64,000 bases of DNA from the sequence record DRR378314_778, one strand, 5' to 3'. Both the position numbers and the translations under genes were made by a program. A model generated the notes under the pieces. That model made no database searches. It was given only the letters and a program-made list of their open reading frames with translations, and was not told the DNA's origin. Below, piece after piece: positions 27,870-37,659 of this stretch (positions within the stretch are counted from its first letter, which is position 1; every line of letters begins with the position of its first letter).

Positions 27870-28982
27870 TTATGCTCCACCTGAGCTTTTAACAAGTTTT
27901 ATAACTTCTTCGGTGACTGCTTTTGTGCCCATGTCGCCACCAAACTCCATGGGGCGAAGCCGATTTTCTTCAAACCCTCTGTCAACAGCTTCTTCTATAC
28001 GCAGTGCAGCCTGAGACAGTGCTTCATAACCGCTTTTGTCCGCAAGGTAATCCAGTAGTAAAGAGGCACTGAGAATTGCAGCAAGCGGGTTGGCCTTATC
28101 CTGCCCCATTATGTCCGGTGCACTCCCATGTGCAGGCTGGAAAAGTGCATGCTCATTGCCTATTTCACCGCAGGCAGCCATTCCCATTCCGCCAACGAGG
28201 CCCCCAGCAAGGTCTGACAAAATATCGCCAAACATATTTTCCGTAACCAGTACGTCAAATTCCCAGGGTTTACGGATGAAATCTAGAGCCTGAGCATCGA
28301 CATAGTTAAAGCCATACTCAATGTCCGGGTTCATGGCTGCGCGCTCTTTGAATATTTTCCGAAAAAAGGCCATGGAGCGAAAAACGTTTGCTTTATCTAC
28401 GCATGTGACATGTCCTCGCTGATTTCGTAGCTTTCGTTTTCTTGCTAGATTAAAGGCAAAATCATGTAACTTTTCGGTTGTTTTTCGGGTAATGCGGAGC
28501 GTGTCCTGAACTTCATCATTGTTGGCAATTCCCGGACGGTTGTGAGCAGCGGCAGAATAAAATAACCCTTCCGTTGATTCTCGAAGAATTATCAGATTAA
28601 TGTTATCGGCTTTCGGGTCTGCCAATCGCCGTGGTATGTTTGCGTAGGCTTTTATTGGGCGGATCCCGGCATAGAGCTGAAAGTTTTCCCGAAATCTCAG
28701 ATGTGGTGAGATCTCGGTCCCATCGGGATACCGGATGGAGGGGTGACCAATAGCACCAAGGAAAATGGCATCGGCCTCTGAAATCCTTACTTCACCGCCG
28801 GGTTCGACATCGTGACCGGTTTCTTTAAATAATTTGGCTCCAGCCTGTATCTCGTCAAACGATAAGGAGAATCCGCCGATAGAATTTTCCACTTCTGTTA
28901 AGACAGCCATAGCAGATTCCGTAACATCAATACCAATCCCGTCGCCTTTGATGGTAGCTATGTTAAAAGAAGGAATTCCCAT
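27870..28982 (-). CDS. Isocitrate/isopropylmalate (beta-decarboxylating) dehydrogenase family protein
   Basis: GDGIG, LRESTEG, VDKANV, ENMFGDILSDL, QPAHGSAPDI. Confidence 0.9.
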   Translation of the reverse strand: MGIPSFNIATIKGDGIGIDVTESAMAVLTEVENSIGGFSLSFDEIQAGAKLFKETGHDVEPGGEVRISEADAIFLGAIGHPSIRYPDGTEISPHLRFRENFQLYAGIRPIKAYANIPRRLADPKADNINLIILRESTEGLFYSAAAHNRPGIANNDEVQDTLRITRKTTEKLHDFAFNLARKRKLRNQRGHVTCVDKANVFRSMAFFRKIFKERAAMNPDIEYGFNYVDAQALDFIRKPWEFDVLVTENMFGDILSDLAGGLVGGMGMAACGEIGNEHALFQPAHGSAPDIMGQDKANPLAAILSASLLLDYLADKSGYEALSQAALRIEEAVDRGFEENRLRPMEFGGDMGTKAVTEEVIKLVKSSGGA

Positions 28983-29061
28983 AAAAATCAATCCTGTAAG
29001 GTGCTAGCCCGGCGGGCTGAATGTGGTAATTTTTTTCTATTTATGATGTATTTTTGGAATT

Positions 29062-29093
29062 TGTCAATGCATACATTAAAAAATGTATTGACA
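29062..29093. promoter_or_regulatory. Inverted repeat with back-to-back TTGACA boxes (divergent promoters / putative GntR site)
   Basis: TGTCAATGCAT-N10-ATGTATTGACA. Confidence 0.6.
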
Positions 29094-29199
29094 TATGCGT
29101 TACCGAATATAGTTTGTTCGTGTGTTGAGTTGATACCTAATTAGAAGCCGGATTATTTCAAAAAACGGCGAATAACTCGCCACTTTATGGGAGGAAAAA

Positions 29200-30222
29200 A
29201 TGTTAAAGAATGTGATGAAGTTTTCGTCTGGGGCGGCTTTGGCCGTCACTTTGATTGCAGGGGTTTTTTCTCTGACACCTGAAGCATATGCACAAAAGAT
29301 CCTTAAATTTAGCCATACGGATAATCCCGGTGGTTCTCGTCAGGCCGCTGCTGAGGTATTTGCTGAAAAAGTGGAGGAATACACAGCAGGTCGATACAAA
29401 ATCCGTATTTTTCCGGCCGGGCAGCTGGCAAATGATCCAAAAGCCATTGAACAGTTGCAGCTGGGTGGCGTGGATTTCACTGTATCTGCGACCGGAAGTT
29501 ATGCGACCCATTTACCAAGTCTGAATCTAACGGCAATGCCATTCCTTGTAGACACCTATGAGCAAGGGTGGGAATTCTACGATAATTCAGAATGGTTGAA
29601 GGGTGAGTTTGCAAAACTGCCATCCAAAGGATTCCGAGTACTTTCAACATGGGAAGCCGGGTTCAGGAGTTTTACGACCGACATGGAATTGAAATCTCCA
29701 GAAGATGCCAAAGGTCGTAAGATGCGTGTTTATCCAAATGATATGATCCGCTGGACGATGGAAGCGATTGGCTTTCAAACAGTCGTTATGCCCATTACGG
29801 ATGTATATCTTTCGATCCAGCAGGGGGTTGTAAACGGGCAGGAAAACCCGGTTGATACAATCAAATCCCTTCGCTTTTATGAAGTTGCACCATATCTCAC
29901 ATTGACGCGTCACGTTTATAGCCCGCTTCCACTGACGGTATCAGAAAAAACCTGGCAGGATTTTTCCCCGGAAGATCAGGCAGCGGTGATGAAAGCGGCT
30001 AAAGAAGCGAGTGAATTCAGCCGTAATTTGGTGCGCGATTCTGTAAATAGCCAGCTTGATGAGATGAAAGCGGCTGGCGCGAAAATCTCCTATCCAAATG
30101 TAGGGCCGTTCCGTGATGCAGTTGCTTCTGTTTATGGTAAAGCAAAAGGAATTTACGGTGACGAAGTCGCAAAGGTTTTAGATGACGCTGCAGGCATTAG
30201 AGAAAAACTCCCAGCGAAATAG
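29200..30222 (+). CDS. dctP: TRAP transporter substrate-binding protein
   Basis: Signal peptide; FPAGQL, GFRSF, GRKMRV, QQGVVNGQENP. Confidence 0.93.
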   Translation: MLKNVMKFSSGAALAVTLIAGVFSLTPEAYAQKILKFSHTDNPGGSRQAAAEVFAEKVEEYTAGRYKIRIFPAGQLANDPKAIEQLQLGGVDFTVSATGSYATHLPSLNLTAMPFLVDTYEQGWEFYDNSEWLKGEFAKLPSKGFRVLSTWEAGFRSFTTDMELKSPEDAKGRKMRVYPNDMIRWTMEAIGFQTVVMPITDVYLSIQQGVVNGQENPVDTIKSLRFYEVAPYLTLTRHVYSPLPLTVSEKTWQDFSPEDQAAVMKAAKEASEFSRNLVRDSVNSQLDEMKAAGAKISYPNVGPFRDAVASVYGKAKGIYGDEVAKVLDDAAGIREKLPAK

Positions 30223-30237
30223 GTTTGTTAGTTGCTG

Positions 30238-30269
30238 AGCATCCATTCTCGTTGAATGGGTGCTTTTTT
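30238..30269 (+). terminator. Hairpin + T-tract after dctP
   Basis: AGCATCCATTC / GAATGGGTGCT followed by TTTTT. Confidence 0.7.
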
Positions 30270-30294
30270 ACCTAAGTGGTGGGAGTACTTCTAA

Positions 30295-30840
30295 ATGGAT
30301 TACCGCAATTCGTATCCATTGATCCTGATGCTCATAAGCAAGATGATTGATATCATCCTTGCTACGGCCGGTGTCGTTGTTTTGTTTCTGATATTTACCA
30401 ATGCCGTATTAAGGGGAGCAGCAGGGTTTGACCTTGCCTGGTCACTGGAGGTGACGGCATTTCTATTGCTTTGGCTAACTTTTTTAGGTTGTGCTGCTGC
30501 TGCAGCGCGAGGGGCACATATGCGGGTGACGGAAGTTGTCGCATATTGTGTACCCGATCGGCTTAAGCCTGCTCTGGAACTTCTCATAAATATTATCATT
30601 TTTGTGTTGTTGCTGAGCTTGATCCAGCAGGGCTTTAATATTGCGCAACATACTTGGGCGCAAAAAACCACAGTGCTCTACTGGCCGGTCGGTCTTCTGT
30701 ATGTGTCGATGCCCGTTGGGATGGCCTTCACATTACTTTTTCACCTTTACAATATGTATTTGGATATTCGCCAAGTTTTCAAAGGCCACGACATACGGCT
30801 TCAGCAAGCGGATGATCAGGGTTGGGAGGATTTTGAATGA
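30295..30840 (+). CDS. dctQ: TRAP transporter small permease
   Basis: 4 TM, WSLE..LLLWLTFLG..HM. Confidence 0.9.
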   Translation: MDYRNSYPLILMLISKMIDIILATAGVVVLFLIFTNAVLRGAAGFDLAWSLEVTAFLLLWLTFLGCAAAAARGAHMRVTEVVAYCVPDRLKPALELLINIIIFVLLLSLIQQGFNIAQHTWAQKTTVLYWPVGLLYVSMPVGMAFTLLFHLYNMYLDIRQVFKGHDIRLQQADDQGWEDFE

Positions 30841-32120
30841 TCCTGTTATTCATATGTGCGGTATTTCTTGTCGCGATTATACTGGGCGTACCGTTGGTGT
30901 GGGCAATTCTCTTGACCGCAGTACTCCCAATTTTTGTTTTTGACCTTGGCTATCCGTTGCAAGCGGTTTATCTGAATTTTATTGGGGGGGTAGAGCCGAA
31001 CCATTTCATTGCTATTCCGCTATTTATTGTTGCTGGTGAGTTGATGGGGCGCGGCGGTGTCGGTCAGCGAATTATTAATTTTGCCAAAGCCGCGTTTGGC
31101 TTTTTGCCCGGTGGTCTTGGGTTTGTTGTTGTCGGAGCCTCTATGTTATTTGGTGGAATTTCGGGCTCTGCAATTGCGGATTCCGCGGCGATCGGCTCGG
31201 TAATGATCCCCAATATGGCAAAGCAGGGATATAAAAAAGCGTTTGCGGGTGGACTGGTGGCAGCTGCCGGAACAATTGGGATTATTATTCCGCCGTCGAT
31301 CCCGATGCTGATTTATGGCTTTGTCGGTAATGTATCTGTGGCCGATTTGTTTTTGGCCGGGGTTGTACCGGGACTGATCTTCGGTGCACTCTTTATGGCA
31401 GTCTGTTACTATGTCGGGAAGAAAACAGGCTGTGACCCGGGGGGCGTTCGGACAAGCCCGGCGGAACTGTGGCGGGCGTTTATCGCTTCTGGCCCAGCGT
31501 TGCTAATGCCTGTCCTGATCTTGGGTGGTATATTTGGCGGGATCGTAACGCCAACTGAAGCAGCGGCTGTTGCCGTGGTCTATGGGTTCTTGGTCACTGT
31601 TTTGATCTACCGGGACTTCCGGCTTTCACAAATTCCAAAACTGTTTGTGGATTCTTTTGTCACGAGTGCCATTGTAATGGTCGTAATCGGAGCGACAAGT
31701 GTCCTCGGTTGGCTGATTACACTTGAGCAACTGCCGCAAATTCTTGTCGAATTTGTCCAGTCAGTCTCTTCAAACCAATTGACGTTTTTATTGCTTGTAA
31801 ATGTCGTAATGTTGATCTTGGGGCTCGTTTTGGATCCGGTGCCGGCAATTCTGCTGACGGCGCCATTATTCATCCCAATGGCTATGAGTTTTGGTGTTGA
31901 TCCTATCCATTTAGGGGTGATTATGACATGTAATGTTGCGGTCGGGTTGTTTACCCCACCTGTTGGGGCCACACTGTATGTAGCGTCTCGAATATCCAAT
32001 GTGGGGGTGATTTCTATCGCACGGGCCATGGCACCTTTGTATCTCGCCGCGATTACAGCATTGTTATTGGTGACCTATTTCCCGGTTATCTCCATGTCGA
32101 TGGTTCATTTGTTCAGGTAG
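30837..32120 (+). CDS. dctM: TRAP transporter large permease
   Basis: AIPLFIVAGELM, ISGSAIAD, IIPPSIP, TPTEAA, TPPVG. Confidence 0.95.
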   Translation: MILLFICAVFLVAIILGVPLVWAILLTAVLPIFVFDLGYPLQAVYLNFIGGVEPNHFIAIPLFIVAGELMGRGGVGQRIINFAKAAFGFLPGGLGFVVVGASMLFGGISGSAIADSAAIGSVMIPNMAKQGYKKAFAGGLVAAAGTIGIIIPPSIPMLIYGFVGNVSVADLFLAGVVPGLIFGALFMAVCYYVGKKTGCDPGGVRTSPAELWRAFIASGPALLMPVLILGGIFGGIVTPTEAAAVAVVYGFLVTVLIYRDFRLSQIPKLFVDSFVTSAIVMVVIGATSVLGWLITLEQLPQILVEFVQSVSSNQLTFLLLVNVVMLILGLVLDPVPAILLTAPLFIPMAMSFGVDPIHLGVIMTCNVAVGLFTPPVGATLYVASRISNVGVISIARAMAPLYLAAITALLLVTYFPVISMSMVHLFR

Positions 32121-33107
32121 GTGAGTGAGATGATAGACCTTGATACGATCCAACGAGTGGGGACAGGGCTCAACCGGCCAGAGTGTGTTCTCGCGACGCA
32201 GAACGGGCGCCTTTATACCGCAGACTGGCGTGGTGGTGTTGCTGTGACGGAGCCTACAGGGGAAAGTTGGCTCTGGGCGCCACAGAATCCAAAGATTGCG
32301 CTTAAAGCCAATGGGATTGCCTTGTTGCCGGATCATTCCGTTCTGTTGGCCCATCTTGGAGACCAGGATGGTGGAGTGTATCAGATAACGGAAGACCGGG
32401 ACTTGGTCCCGTTTTGTCTGGAAGCGGACGGTATGGCACTGCCACCCTCAAATTATGTTCATCTAGATAAGCGTGGTCGCGTCTGGATCACAGTGAGTAC
32501 ACGTCAAATTCCCCGTGCAGCGGGCTATACCAAAGATGTTTCAGATGGGTTCATTATCCTTGTTTCTGATGGGACGTCCCGCATTGTTGCCGATAATCTT
32601 GGATACACAAATGAATGTCTGGTCCATCCTGATGGAACTCGTCTGTTTGTAAACGAAACATTTGCAAGGCGGCTGACCAGTTTTGAGATCACCGCCAGTG
32701 GTGATCTCGTCAACCGCAAAGTTGTCGCCGAATTTGGCCATGGTATATTCCCGGATGGTTTGGTTTTTGATGTTGAGGGGTGCATCTGGGTAACCTCCAT
32801 TGTAAGCAACCGGGTTATCCGAATATCGGAAAACGGTGAGCAACAGGTTGTAGTTGAAGATTGTGAGGTGGCGCATCTTGACTGGGTAGAGGAAGCCTTT
32901 CAGGCTGGGCAGATGGGGCGACCGCACCTGGATAATACGCCCAGCCGGGTTTTGAAAAATGTGTCCAGTCTGGCATTCGGCGGGGCTGATTTAAAGACAG
33001 GCTACCTTGGATGTTTGCTGGACGATTGTGTCTATCAGTTTAGGGCGCCGGTGGCCGGATTGCCACAGGTTCATTGGCAATTTAAGGGGCCCAGAAGAAA
33101 TGGATAA
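32121..33107 (+). CDS. SMP-30/gluconolactonase family protein
   Basis: RPECV, YTNE, FPDG..FD.EG.IW, SSLAFGG.DL. Confidence 0.85.
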   Translation: MSEMIDLDTIQRVGTGLNRPECVLATQNGRLYTADWRGGVAVTEPTGESWLWAPQNPKIALKANGIALLPDHSVLLAHLGDQDGGVYQITEDRDLVPFCLEADGMALPPSNYVHLDKRGRVWITVSTRQIPRAAGYTKDVSDGFIILVSDGTSRIVADNLGYTNECLVHPDGTRLFVNETFARRLTSFEITASGDLVNRKVVAEFGHGIFPDGLVFDVEGCIWVTSIVSNRVIRISENGEQQVVVEDCEVAHLDWVEEAFQAGQMGRPHLDNTPSRVLKNVSSLAFGGADLKTGYLGCLLDDCVYQFRAPVAGLPQVHWQFKGPRRNG

Positions 33108-34137
33108 GTTACGTGTTGCAACTGTTGGAACCGGATATTTCAGTCGATTTCAATACGCTGCCTGGAAGCGAATTGAAGAGGTTGAACTCGTAGCTGTTTG
33201 CAATCGCACCGCTAAAACAGCCCAAGAAGTCGCGAAAACTTATAAAATTCCCGAGATTTTCGAAGATTTTGGTCAAATGCTGGACCAAAGTAAACCGGAT
33301 CTTGTCGATGTGATTACGCCACCAGAAACCCATATGCACTTTGTTGAAGAGGCAGTAAGGCGTGGAATTCCCGTAATTTGCCAAAAACCGTTTACCCCGT
33401 CGCTGCAAGAAGCCGAAGCACTTGTTCAGTTTATTGGCGATCACAAAGGCAAAGTGATCATTCATGAGAATTTTCGTTTTCAGCCTTGGTATGGAAAGAT
33501 CCGTGATTTGCTGCGGGAAGATTTGCTGGGTCAATTGTATGAAATCACATTTGCTTTACGTCCGGGCGACGGGCAGGGGCCGGAAGCTTATTTGGACAGG
33601 CAGCCCTACTTTCAACAGATGGAACGTTTCCTCGTTTATGAAACGGCGGTTCATCTGATTGATGTATTTCGCTACCTGTTTGGTGAGGTTTCGTCAATTT
33701 ATGCAGACTTGAGACGGGTAAACCCGTCCATTTCGGGCGAGGATGCCGGCCTAATACTGTTCAATTTTATCAGTGGTGCTCGTGGTGTGTTCGACGGTAA
33801 TCGTCTGAGCGATCATGCGGCAAAAAATTGTCGCCTGACGATGGGTGAATTGAAGATTGAAGGGGCAAAGGGAACGCTCACTCTTAACGGGGACGGAGAA
33901 ATCTTTCATCGTAAATTTAGTGAAATTACAAAGCGTAAAGTAAATTATGATTGGCAGAATGTGGATTTTGGGGGTGATTGTGTCTTTCGTTTTCAAAAAC
34001 ACGTTGTTGATCATTTTACAAAGGGTGCTCCCTTGATGAATATGGCACAGGATTATCTTGCCAATATCCAGATCGCGGACGCAGCTTATCGGTCAAGTGG
34101 CAAAGGTCGGAAGTTAAGTCTTGTCACTCCCGAATGA
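33100..34137 (+). CDS. Gfo/Idh/MocA family sugar dehydrogenase
   Basis: VGTGYFS, ITPPETH, CQKP, HENFRFQPWY. Confidence 0.9.
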   Translation: MDKLRVATVGTGYFSRFQYAAWKRIEEVELVAVCNRTAKTAQEVAKTYKIPEIFEDFGQMLDQSKPDLVDVITPPETHMHFVEEAVRRGIPVICQKPFTPSLQEAEALVQFIGDHKGKVIIHENFRFQPWYGKIRDLLREDLLGQLYEITFALRPGDGQGPEAYLDRQPYFQQMERFLVYETAVHLIDVFRYLFGEVSSIYADLRRVNPSISGEDAGLILFNFISGARGVFDGNRLSDHAAKNCRLTMGELKIEGAKGTLTLNGDGEIFHRKFSEITKRKVNYDWQNVDFGGDCVFRFQKHVVDHFTKGAPLMNMAQDYLANIQIADAAYRSSGKGRKLSLVTPE

Positions 34138-34190
34138 ATTGTTGATTTGAAGCTATGACTCGGTAAAAGTGAGAGGTAGGGAGGACGTAT

Positions 34191-34889
34191 TTGGTGGCGA
34201 CACTTACCAGACAGACGAAAAACCGGGCTCAAAAGGTTCCGATAGCCGAACAGGCCTATCAGGAACTGAAGAAGCGAATAATGGAGAATGATCTTCCCGC
34301 TGGTGACCAGCTTATGGAAGGGGAAGTCGCTGAATTGTTAAATATCAGTCGGACGCCTGCGCGAGAGGCAATGGTGAAGCTCGAAGCGGATGGCCTTGTC
34401 GAAGTGCGACCAAGGCATGGTATGAAGGTCAAAGCTATTTCTGTGACGGATATGCAGGAAATTTATGCGGTTCTGACAGGTCTGGAGTCTACCGCAGCGT
34501 GGCAGGCTGCAAAAGGACCAAGGCACCCGAAAGACCTACAGAAATTGCGAGATTGCGTGGTGCAAATGGATCAGTCATTGTCTGAGGAGGATCTGAAAGG
34601 CTGGGCTGAAGCTGACAAGGCTTTCCATCGCCAACTGGTTGCCATGAGTGGAAATTCCCGCTTGATTGAACTTGTTGATCGTTACATTGATCAGTCGCAT
34701 CGGGTCAGGATGATGACTTTACGATTGCGTCCAATGCCAACTCAATCAAACACCGATCATGCAGACGTTGTTGCCGCCATTGAAAACGGGGACGCCGATA
34801 GCGCCCGACGTATCCACCGCATCCATCGGGAAAAGGCCGGCCAGCTACTGGTGGAATTACTCGAAAGTCACGGCCTAAATCGCCTGTGA
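34191..34889 (+). CDS. GntR family (FCD) transcriptional regulator
   Basis: SRTPAREAM..LEADGLV, DKAFH; clearly similar to 11886-12548. Confidence 0.92.
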   Translation: MVATLTRQTKNRAQKVPIAEQAYQELKKRIMENDLPAGDQLMEGEVAELLNISRTPAREAMVKLEADGLVEVRPRHGMKVKAISVTDMQEIYAVLTGLESTAAWQAAKGPRHPKDLQKLRDCVVQMDQSLSEEDLKGWAEADKAFHRQLVAMSGNSRLIELVDRYIDQSHRVRMMTLRLRPMPTQSNTDHADVVAAIENGDADSARRIHRIHREKAGQLLVELLESHGLNRL

Positions 34890-35139
34890 ACGGGTCTGGA
34901 TTAAGTGATCTGGAAGAGAACATAAAGATGGTTTGCTGCTGAATCGCAAGTTTCGATTTCGACAGGTTTTGGCATCTTTGACAGTAATTGTGTCTAACTT
35001 ATCATTTAACTAGCTGAATTTGTTTTTTTCAAAACACTGCGCGTCTTTTATGCGCTACACGAACTTACAGGGGAATTAAGGTAGCTAGGCTGCAAAGGTC
35101 CCGACTATTTAGTCGGGGTACCCGCTTCTAGCTAAAATT

Positions 35140-35652
35140 CTAAAAATTTCTCTGTTCTTTGTAAGCTCTGTGATCGCGGTAGATTTTGACATTTTGAGCA
35201 GAAGTTTTCAAAAAAATCAGATAATCTAAAGACCATGAACCCGGACCTTGACGCATGATTGCTAGTGAGAGAGCCATCCAGCCGAGATGGGTCGACAAAA
35301 AAGCGTCGGGATAGACAAAGATCTGTATCACCATGGTCATGATCAGCAGACCGGCTGCAGCAAATCGTGTGCAAAACCCGATCAATAGCATCAACGGCAG
35401 GATATGCTCTGCATATGTTGCAAGTGGTACTAGTAAATCAGCTGAGAAAAACGGTAAGTTATACTCTTCTTCAAACAGGTAATAGGTGCTGTCGCTGATG
35501 GTCAGGAGATCCGTGACCTTCGTGCGGGCAGACACCCAGAATATACCGGCAAGCCCAAGGCGCAGGGACAGTTTGACCAGACTGTCTGGTATTCTGGACA
35601 TCAGTGCAATAGTGCTGGTGGTGTTCGTGTAGATAAAACTGGTGGTTTGCAT
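35140..35652 (-). CDS. DoxX family membrane protein (BufD-like)
   Basis: LFEEEY.LP, AEHILP, TRFAA, IQIFVYP, GPGSWSLD; alternative start at 35601. Confidence 0.88.
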   Translation of the reverse strand: MQTTSFIYTNTTSTIALMSRIPDSLVKLSLRLGLAGIFWVSARTKVTDLLTISDSTYYLFEEEYNLPFFSADLLVPLATYAEHILPLMLLIGFCTRFAAAGLLIMTMVIQIFVYPDAFLSTHLGWMALSLAIMRQGPGSWSLDYLIFLKTSAQNVKIYRDHRAYKEQRNF

Positions 35653-36392
35653 GTTGTTAACTCTCCGTTTTTTGGGCCGTCAATGCTCAGAAAACCCAAG
35701 TTTAAGTATTTGACAAAAGTCTCAATCATTAAGGTAGCCTGTTGTTCATCATCGCTTTTCTGAATGTGATTGATGAAAGGCATGCGATCTTGGATTAGGC
35801 TGAGACAATCGTGCTCCTGATCCGGAATAATGAGCTGATGGAGGTCGCCATTTGCAGGCCAGATCGCAACAGTCTCTCCTATCCAGTGGGGCACCGGATC
35901 AGGCACTTCTCGCTGATGGTGTGTCCATATGGTGCCCACAGGATAAGATGACTTGAGCAGGGTCGCGCCAGGTGTGCATCTTATAGGGAGGTGGAGTGCC
36001 TGAAGAATGTCATCCTCAGTTGAAATGAGGCGGAATGGCAAAGCGCCACTACCTTGGGCGTTAGATCTGGCCCACTCTAGTCGCGCCATGTCGGCCAGGT
36101 ACGGAACCTGGCGAGCGGGTTCGAAATTGTCCAGAAAATTGGAAAAATCCCCTCCATACTCCGTTAATAGGGGGGAGGTTGGTGGAAATTGCGTTGCATA
36201 TTCCGTTGCAAGGGCGCCAAAAAAGTCCGATCCCACCAGTTTTTTTGCCACAGGAAATACATCGCTGAGCACATCAATTAGCTGCGAGAAATAGTTGCTG
36301 CGATAAACATCAAACCTGCTTCCCGTGTTGAGAATATCACGAGGAAGGCTAGCTTGTGCGTCCCTTATGGCATTGGCAAAGGCTTTTATCAT
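35601..36392 (-). CDS. DUF2063 / HvfC-BufC-type MNIO partner protein
   Basis: RFDVYR.N, FP...LVG.DFF, P.SP.L.EYG..F, PYLADMARLEW. Confidence 0.88.
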   Translation of the reverse strand: MIKAFANAIRDAQASLPRDILNTGSRFDVYRSNYFSQLIDVLSDVFPVAKKLVGSDFFGALATEYATQFPPTSPLLTEYGGDFSNFLDNFEPARQVPYLADMARLEWARSNAQGSGALPFRLISTEDDILQALHLPIRCTPGATLLKSSYPVGTIWTHHQREVPDPVPHWIGETVAIWPANGDLHQLIIPDQEHDCLSLIQDRMPFINHIQKSDDEQQATLMIETFVKYLNLGFLSIDGPKNGELTTCKPPVLSTRTPPALLH

Positions 36393-37282
36393 AGGGATTG
36401 CTCCCGCGCCGAAGTAATTAAAAGCCGGGCATGGGCGACTTCCTGAAGAAGGGTATCTAACGGCGGGACATTGTTATCGCGCTCGATCAATGTGGGGCGT
36501 GGGCCAATCTTTGAGAGAACATCGCAATATAGTGACCAGACTGCCTCATCGACTTCCATGCCATGGGTGTCTACAAAGAATGGGTTACCATTGTCATCTT
36601 CAGACGGTTCATGACCGGCCAGATGGATTTCACCGACGGTCTGAAGGGGGATGCGTGAAAGCCAGTCAGCTGTCTGCCAGCCATGGTTTTGGGTGGAAAC
36701 ATAGAGATTATTGACATCGAGAAGGAGACCACAGGACGTGAGATGGACAAGTTCGGCTATAAAGTCGGCTTCAAACAGGGTATCGGACCGAAACCTGACA
36801 TAGTTAGCCGGATTTTCAATCAGTATGCGCCTGCCGAGGAACTGCTGAACCCGGTCGATACGATTGGCCAGATGACGCAAGTTTTGTTTGTTATAGGGGA
36901 TCGGCAGCAGATCGTTGAAATAGACGCCCTTGTGGCTTGACCAGGCGATATGTTCAGAAAAACTGGCCGGCTGAATTGTATCGACCAGATATTTCAGACG
37001 TTCAAGATGATCTTGATTGAGGGGGTCCTCACCGCCGAGGGATAGGGCAACACCGTGAATGGAAATGGGCCAAGTCTTCGAGATGTCCTTAAGGAGCTCA
37101 AGGCGCGGGCCATTATCCATAAAGTTTTCAGCATGGATTTCTACAAAATTAATAGAACCGGGATTGGCTTGAAGCTCAGAGAGGTGTTCTCGCTTCAAAC
37201 CAACCCCGACACCAAGGGGCAGCCTCGACCAGTCGGTGGGGGCGGGGTTTAGGTAACCGGTATTCGAAGGCATGCCGACCAT
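36389..37282 (-). CDS. bufB: DUF692 multinuclear non-heme iron oxidase (bufferin maturase-like)
   Basis: EIHAENF, HGVALSLG, SEHIAW, DLLP, IENP, LLLDVNN, EIHLAGH, DTH, IERD. Confidence 0.92.
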   Translation of the reverse strand: MVGMPSNTGYLNPAPTDWSRLPLGVGVGLKREHLSELQANPGSINFVEIHAENFMDNGPRLELLKDISKTWPISIHGVALSLGGEDPLNQDHLERLKYLVDTIQPASFSEHIAWSSHKGVYFNDLLPIPYNKQNLRHLANRIDRVQQFLGRRILIENPANYVRFRSDTLFEADFIAELVHLTSCGLLLDVNNLYVSTQNHGWQTADWLSRIPLQTVGEIHLAGHEPSEDDNGNPFFVDTHGMEVDEAVWSLYCDVLSKIGPRPTLIERDNNVPPLDTLLQEVAHARLLITSAREQSL

Positions 37283-37284
37283 GG

Positions 37285-37581
37285 TTATTTACCTACTGCC
37301 TTATACTCCTTAAGCTGGCCGAAGCCTGTTGGGGAGCTTGGGGATTCAATAGTTGTGCAAGTTCCTTTCGGGACTAACTTCCAGGCGTTACTCTGATAAT
37401 CCTTTTTGGAACTGCCTGCGCAAGACGTGCCGGGCCCGGCTGCACAATCGTTGTAGCCAGCTAATGAAATGCCAAAACACTTCTCTTTTGGCTCTCGCGC
37501 CTCTGCAGGGTCAGCGGCTAGAAGGCCGCCAGCGACTGTGGCGAGGGCTGCAGAAATAACGGCCGTTTTTTTGATGGACAT
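37285..37581 (-). CDS. bufA1: DUF2282 bufferin-type precursor peptide
   Basis: Sec signal then EKCFG...[14 protein letters not shown]...W..VPKGTC (4 Cys). Confidence 0.92.
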   Translation of the reverse strand: MSIKKTAVISAALATVAGGLLAADPAEAREPKEKCFGISLAGYNDCAAGPGTSCAGSSKKDYQSNAWKLVPKGTCTTIESPSSPTGFGQLKEYKAVGK

Positions 37582-37659
37582 GCTTATATCCTTTCAATTT
37601 CTTAAGCTTGAGTGGGAGCGGCCGATCTAAAAAGATCGGTCCGCAGCGGTCATCGGGTG

